Of a DNA stretch of 64,000 nt, positions 59,536 through 64,000 are shown piece by piece; within the stretch, counting starts at the first letter, position 1, and each line of letters opens with the position of its first letter. The position numbers and the translations under genes are program-made. Location of the stretch: assembly GCA_964016885.1 (NCBI GenBank), contig OZ024740.1, positions 377,580,001 to 377,644,000 on the forward strand, given 5' to 3'. The DNA comes from Eledone cirrhosa. Its lineage: Eukaryota. Under the pieces are notes generated by a model. The model did no database searches, was not told where the DNA came from, and worked only from the letters and a program-made list of their open reading frames with translations.

Positions 59536-62338
59536 ATGCATCTAGTGAACATCTATTGGTGATTGGTTAGTTCTACACGACAGACAAAAATTTGGCTTCA
59601 AGACAACAGTAATTAATTTCCTTTCATCGATTTTTTAAATGATTTTGTATTCGACAAAAGTGAAAATGCGTGCTAAAAACTAGTAATCATTGACTAAAAC
59701 TCCTACGCACGGCTGTCAAAATAAATGTTCTATACATTTAGATGATAAAACGCGTTCATCATGACTTTGTATCCCTTTGCATCCCACAGTCAGAACATCA
59801 GCTAAAATACGATACTTTATAGACTATCTTCCTTTACTCGGAATTGCATCGTATATAAGTTTATCGATAGTCGATGTCCACACGCTATGCAATGCAGTAT
59901 GAGATAGTCAATAAATCATTGAAGTGTTATATACATTCCCGACAACAATATCGAAACAAGGATATTGTTGGCATGTATGCCTATCCCTACAGAGAACCTA
60001 ACGAAGAAATCATACATTCTTAGGAATTTCAACTACCGCACATGTAATTATAAATTTAGAAGACGCAATCTTAGTTTATCTTCATATAGAAACACCTTCG
60101 ACCAGGCCGTAACCTATTCCAACTAGCTTTTAGCAAGAACGGATTAAGGGAAAAGTTACTATGCGCTGATGATCCACCAGTAATTTTTCATGATGCCAAT
60201 TCAAAAGAAGTTTTAATGTGTTTGCGAAGTGTTGCGGTAAACTTAACAATATCATCGGAGAAGTTATTCGTAAATGTTTATACTTTCTGTTTTGTCGGCC
60301 AAGATGTACAAGAAATCTTAACAGATTCGTGAATAAGTAACCACTTGCACGAATTCAATCAAAATACTTTTATTTGCCGATATCTATGGAAAATTGGGCA
60401 GCAATTAGCTTATTCCAATTTATTTCTTTTGATTATGTTCTTTTCTGTTTTGTAATCTCTATTCTGTTTACTATTTTTGAATTTCAATACACACATATAG
60501 CTATGAGTTTAAAGATTATATTCTTCAAACTATAGTTATTTCAGCTTCCATATTATTAAACGAGTGAAGGGTATGTCCATAAGCTGAAATGGACTTTAGC
60601 ATACCACAGTTTCACTACGAATTTTCAATTGTGAATTACTCAAACGTTATACCAAACTTTCAATAAATTCCAAAACCTAATTCTCCCTTAAGTCTTTTAT
60701 TGATCTTGTACATATTTTATTATCCTTGAAGTGATAATACTTTTATTATCCTTGAAGTGATAATAGATTTATGAGGTAATTGACTCACAAAGTTGTTGGC
60801 TCAAACATTGATAATAATTTCATTAATCTGCACATATCGCAGCTAGATTTTCTTGTTATAGTTAATAGTTAGTATAACATGTCACAGAGTGTAGTTAAAC
60901 ACGCTAGAAGAATGACCCCACTGCATGAAAGTATTCCAATACGTACAATATTATGATTTGATTTTACATTTCATTCTTTCTAAGTTGAAAACATAAATGC
61001 CAGCTATATACTAGTATTGATTCAATCAACAATGATGACTACGTTGACTATATGCATGGCAAAATAAATTGTATTTATTATTCTCTCCATGGCAAGCGTC
61101 GTAAAAGCAAGCACTTAGTGAGCCGAATCTGTTAACCAGATTTTATTACATTTACTTTTCTACGTTGTAATGCCCTTAAGAAAGCTAAGAATCTTATTTA
61201 CCCTCCATCATAAATAAACATTTTTTTGTTTAAAAAATCAATACATACTTTTCACTTTTCTCATTCCAGCAAGCCAAATCAACGATTTTTCTGCTTTAGA
61301 AAAGTAAATAAAATGCAATTACTGCTCGATTAGAGCTTTCGTCCGATGTTGTAGTAAAATTCACAAAGAACATGTTTTTTTTTATTTCTTTTTAAACCTG
61401 AGTTTTGAAACTTCTGCTCTACAATTAAATTTTGATTACTTGGATATTGTCAAAAATATAGTTGGCATAAGTACATTCATGTACAAATATAATATCCATT
61501 AAACCATTATATTTGTTGACGTTCACTAACTAATATAATATTCCCAACAATGAAAGAAATTGTACATATTTTAATGCAATATATTTTTAACTATAAATAA
61601 ACTGTAATACTTGTTAATGGACAAAACATTAAATGACATCCTTCACCAGAATTTTATAGTTTCATTTCTTGATCGATTTTGTTTCTCTAAACTTAGTAAA
61701 CTAGTGATTTAATAAAGGTTCTAGCATATTGCAGATGCATCTGTTATTTTTTTAGTATCTATGTCAAAATATGTAATTTTAATATGCCTGCTTCTGAATA
61801 CAATTGGTATTTGGAAGTTTGTGAGGGATTTGAATAGTATAAATGGTTAAATATATATTCTGTTGAGAATAAGAAACCGAAATAAAATGTTCGTGAAAGA
61901 CGCAATTATTCTGATTTTAGAATGAATCGTAGTTTTGTAAAGAAAATTACTGAACAATATAAAACCACAATAAGAAGTATCATTTCGTAAATACGTTGAA
62001 CTGAAATGAGCATTACTGTATTAATTAAGGATATAATATGTTTAAAATAATATTACTTAATAATCGAGTGACTTTATCAAATGTCTTCCAGCGACTCTTT
62101 ATCATTTGCAAAGGATTATTTTTATACTCTCAACATAAAACTGACAGTTAGATTTTACCACTAACTTAGGAAATATAGCTTGCCGATTGATAAATAGTTC
62201 GTTGAGACCTTCAGGACAAAATTTACTAACAACTGCTGCAGTACTATTTCTCGAGTTGTTATTCTTTTTTTTTTAATATATATTTGTGTTATGTACGTAA
62301 TGAAAATTATATTACTAAAGTTATGAATTAGACATGTA

Positions 62339-62667
62339 CAGGGTGGTCCGAAAGTCTTGTCACCCCCTACCAAAAGATCCTGTGAGAAACAGTTTATGTT
62401 CCCATCGCATTATCGTCCTCTTCGGAGGAGCTGGTTTGCCGAATCTTGCAGTGAAGTCATGTCGCACATCCTCCATACTCTTGCCAGAATGCATAGTATC
62501 ATGTGTCCATACACTTGCAAGCAGCCTCTCTTCCAAACTGTAGGAGCTCGTGTCAGCCATCTGAAATAGAAAATTATATTATTATTATTATATATTATAT
62601 TATTAAAACAAAAAATAATGCAAGTTAAAACAATATGTAGGGGTGACAAAACTTTCGGACCACCCTG
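62339..62667 (-). mobile_element. Tc1/mariner-like internal-deletion derivative (MITE)
   Basis: About 30-bp TIRs CAGGGTGGTCCGAAAGT...GTCACCCC, with TA on the left flank. Internal N-terminal HTH-like transposase remnant MADTSSYSLEERL...FTARFGKPAPPKRTIMRWEHKLFLTGS. Confidence 0.85.
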
Positions 62668-63399
62668 TTGATTGTTCAAGGGACTTAAATTATTTATGAT
62701 CATTCTAATTACTGTTCATTTTGTCAATTATTAATTAGTATTAAAAGATACGTTTATGTTTTTCAAACTGAGAAATTTTAATTCAGATCAATTTTGCATA
62801 GTTAATTCTACTTCTTGAAAGGAAGTATTTAGTAAATATATAGTATATGGTACCATATGAAAAACAAAACCGTTGCTGTTGCTGTTGTTAAACTCCAGAT
62901 CGATTAGACCAAAAATTGAAACTGTAGTTGATAGTTTGTATCAATGATTGTGAAAGGAAACCTATTCACAGATAGTAAAGAAAGGGAAAATAAGACAATT
63001 GAATGTTTTCAGTAACCATATAAGGGAACGTTAAGTGGTGTTAAAACACAGCGGGGGTGTTATTTAAGACAACTGTTGATTGCCATTACATAATTTCATA
63101 GCGTCAATACTTAAATGAAATTCAATTCCCCCAATATTTGATATCACTACTACAAGATAACGAAAATAGTAATCAGTAAAAAAGAGTCTACAGTTTCAAT
63201 CAAATGTAAGCTGTATTCACGCGTAGCACTTATTTCTAGACACTTAGCCGTCTAAAACGATGACAATCAATTGTTTTAATTCCATACAACATTTCTACTA
63301 ATTACTAATAACAGTTTAATTAAATTGTTCAGAATACATATATATTTAAATAACACCTAGTCTTATATTTCTTTCATTTGTGAATTGTTTTTAATTCAG

Positions 63400-63558
63400 G
63401 TCATGTCGGTTATTAAAAGAAAAATTGAACAGATCCAGCTACAGCTTGGTTATTTAGACGTTCGAAGACCCTCTAATGCATTAACCCTCGTAGAGAGTAC
63501 ATCTTTCTCTACCAAAGGAATCAACAACAGCGTACCAGCAAGTCCAAAGCAGGTATGA
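63400..63558 (+). CDS. Class B1 GPCR helix-8/C-tail exon (ends at donor 63552 or stop 63558)
   Basis: ttaattcAG acceptor, phase 0. Translates VMSVIKRKIEQIQLQLGYLDVRRPSNALTLVESTSFSTKGINNSVPASPKQ(V*), continuing NEE|V with a basic helix 8 and a Ser/Thr-rich tail. Confidence 0.75.
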   Translation, partial: VMSVIKRKIEQIQLQLGYLDVRRPSNALTLVESTSFSTKGINNSVPASPKQV

Positions 63559-64000
63559 ATCAAAACCTTTTCAAATAGTAACTTTATCTAATACCCAATA
63601 CAGAATACATTTCATCAATAAAAAAAATTGTCTTTGCCTTTCACCCTATCAGAAGTATACAAAGACCAGGTATATGATAGTTGATCTCAGCTCAAATCAC
63701 AGTAAAATTTATGGATAAAATAATTCGCTTATGAAGATGGGCCTTAACTGAAACATGGCATAGAAACATATCAGTTATCTATGTATATTTGTTTGTTTTG
63801 AAACAATGTCGGCTCTTACAACATTTTGTACACAGATCAATGTTTATTCCGGAATATACCACGATAAAAGAATTGTGGAATATGATATCCAAAACTCGGG
63901 AAAATAATTGTTCTAATAGAGTTGGAGTGGCATTGGGAAAGAGAAGTGGGAGAGAGTTTGGGAGGAGGTATAAAACACTTTATTTACTCTCTTTCACTCA

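Overview
AT-rich, microsatellite-dense animal genomic DNA. The SINE sequences and (TA)n/(CA)n load suggest an octopus or other cephalopod (inference). The window lies inside one + strand gene for a class B1 (secretin-family) GPCR resembling calcitonin/CGRP/DH31 receptors. Six GT-AG exons can be read in frame: 4608-4671, 8053-8116, 8213-8298, 9329-9464, 28534-28575 and 63400-63552/63558, covering TM4 to the C-tail. The large introns (19 kb and 35 kb) are filled with transposons: several Penelope-like elements (PLEs; RT and GIY-YIG, with inverted 3' arms); five Tx1/L1-like LINE copies sitting in (AAT)n or (GATA)n microsatellites, three of them head-to-tail; a nearly complete Helitron (HUH Rep, PIF1 helicase, 23-aa STPR-like repeats, MITE-derived satellite) nested in a PLE remnant; CR1 and RTE fragments; tRNA-type SINEs; and a mariner-like deletion derivative. 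The most striking structure not in the ORF track is a set of about 10 hammerhead-ribozyme-like motifs in PLE 3' regions and fold-back palindromes. Four have canonical cores; two multi-copy families have non-canonical cores (UUGAAAA/GCAA and CAGUUGA/GAAA). All structure calls were made by eye and are untested.
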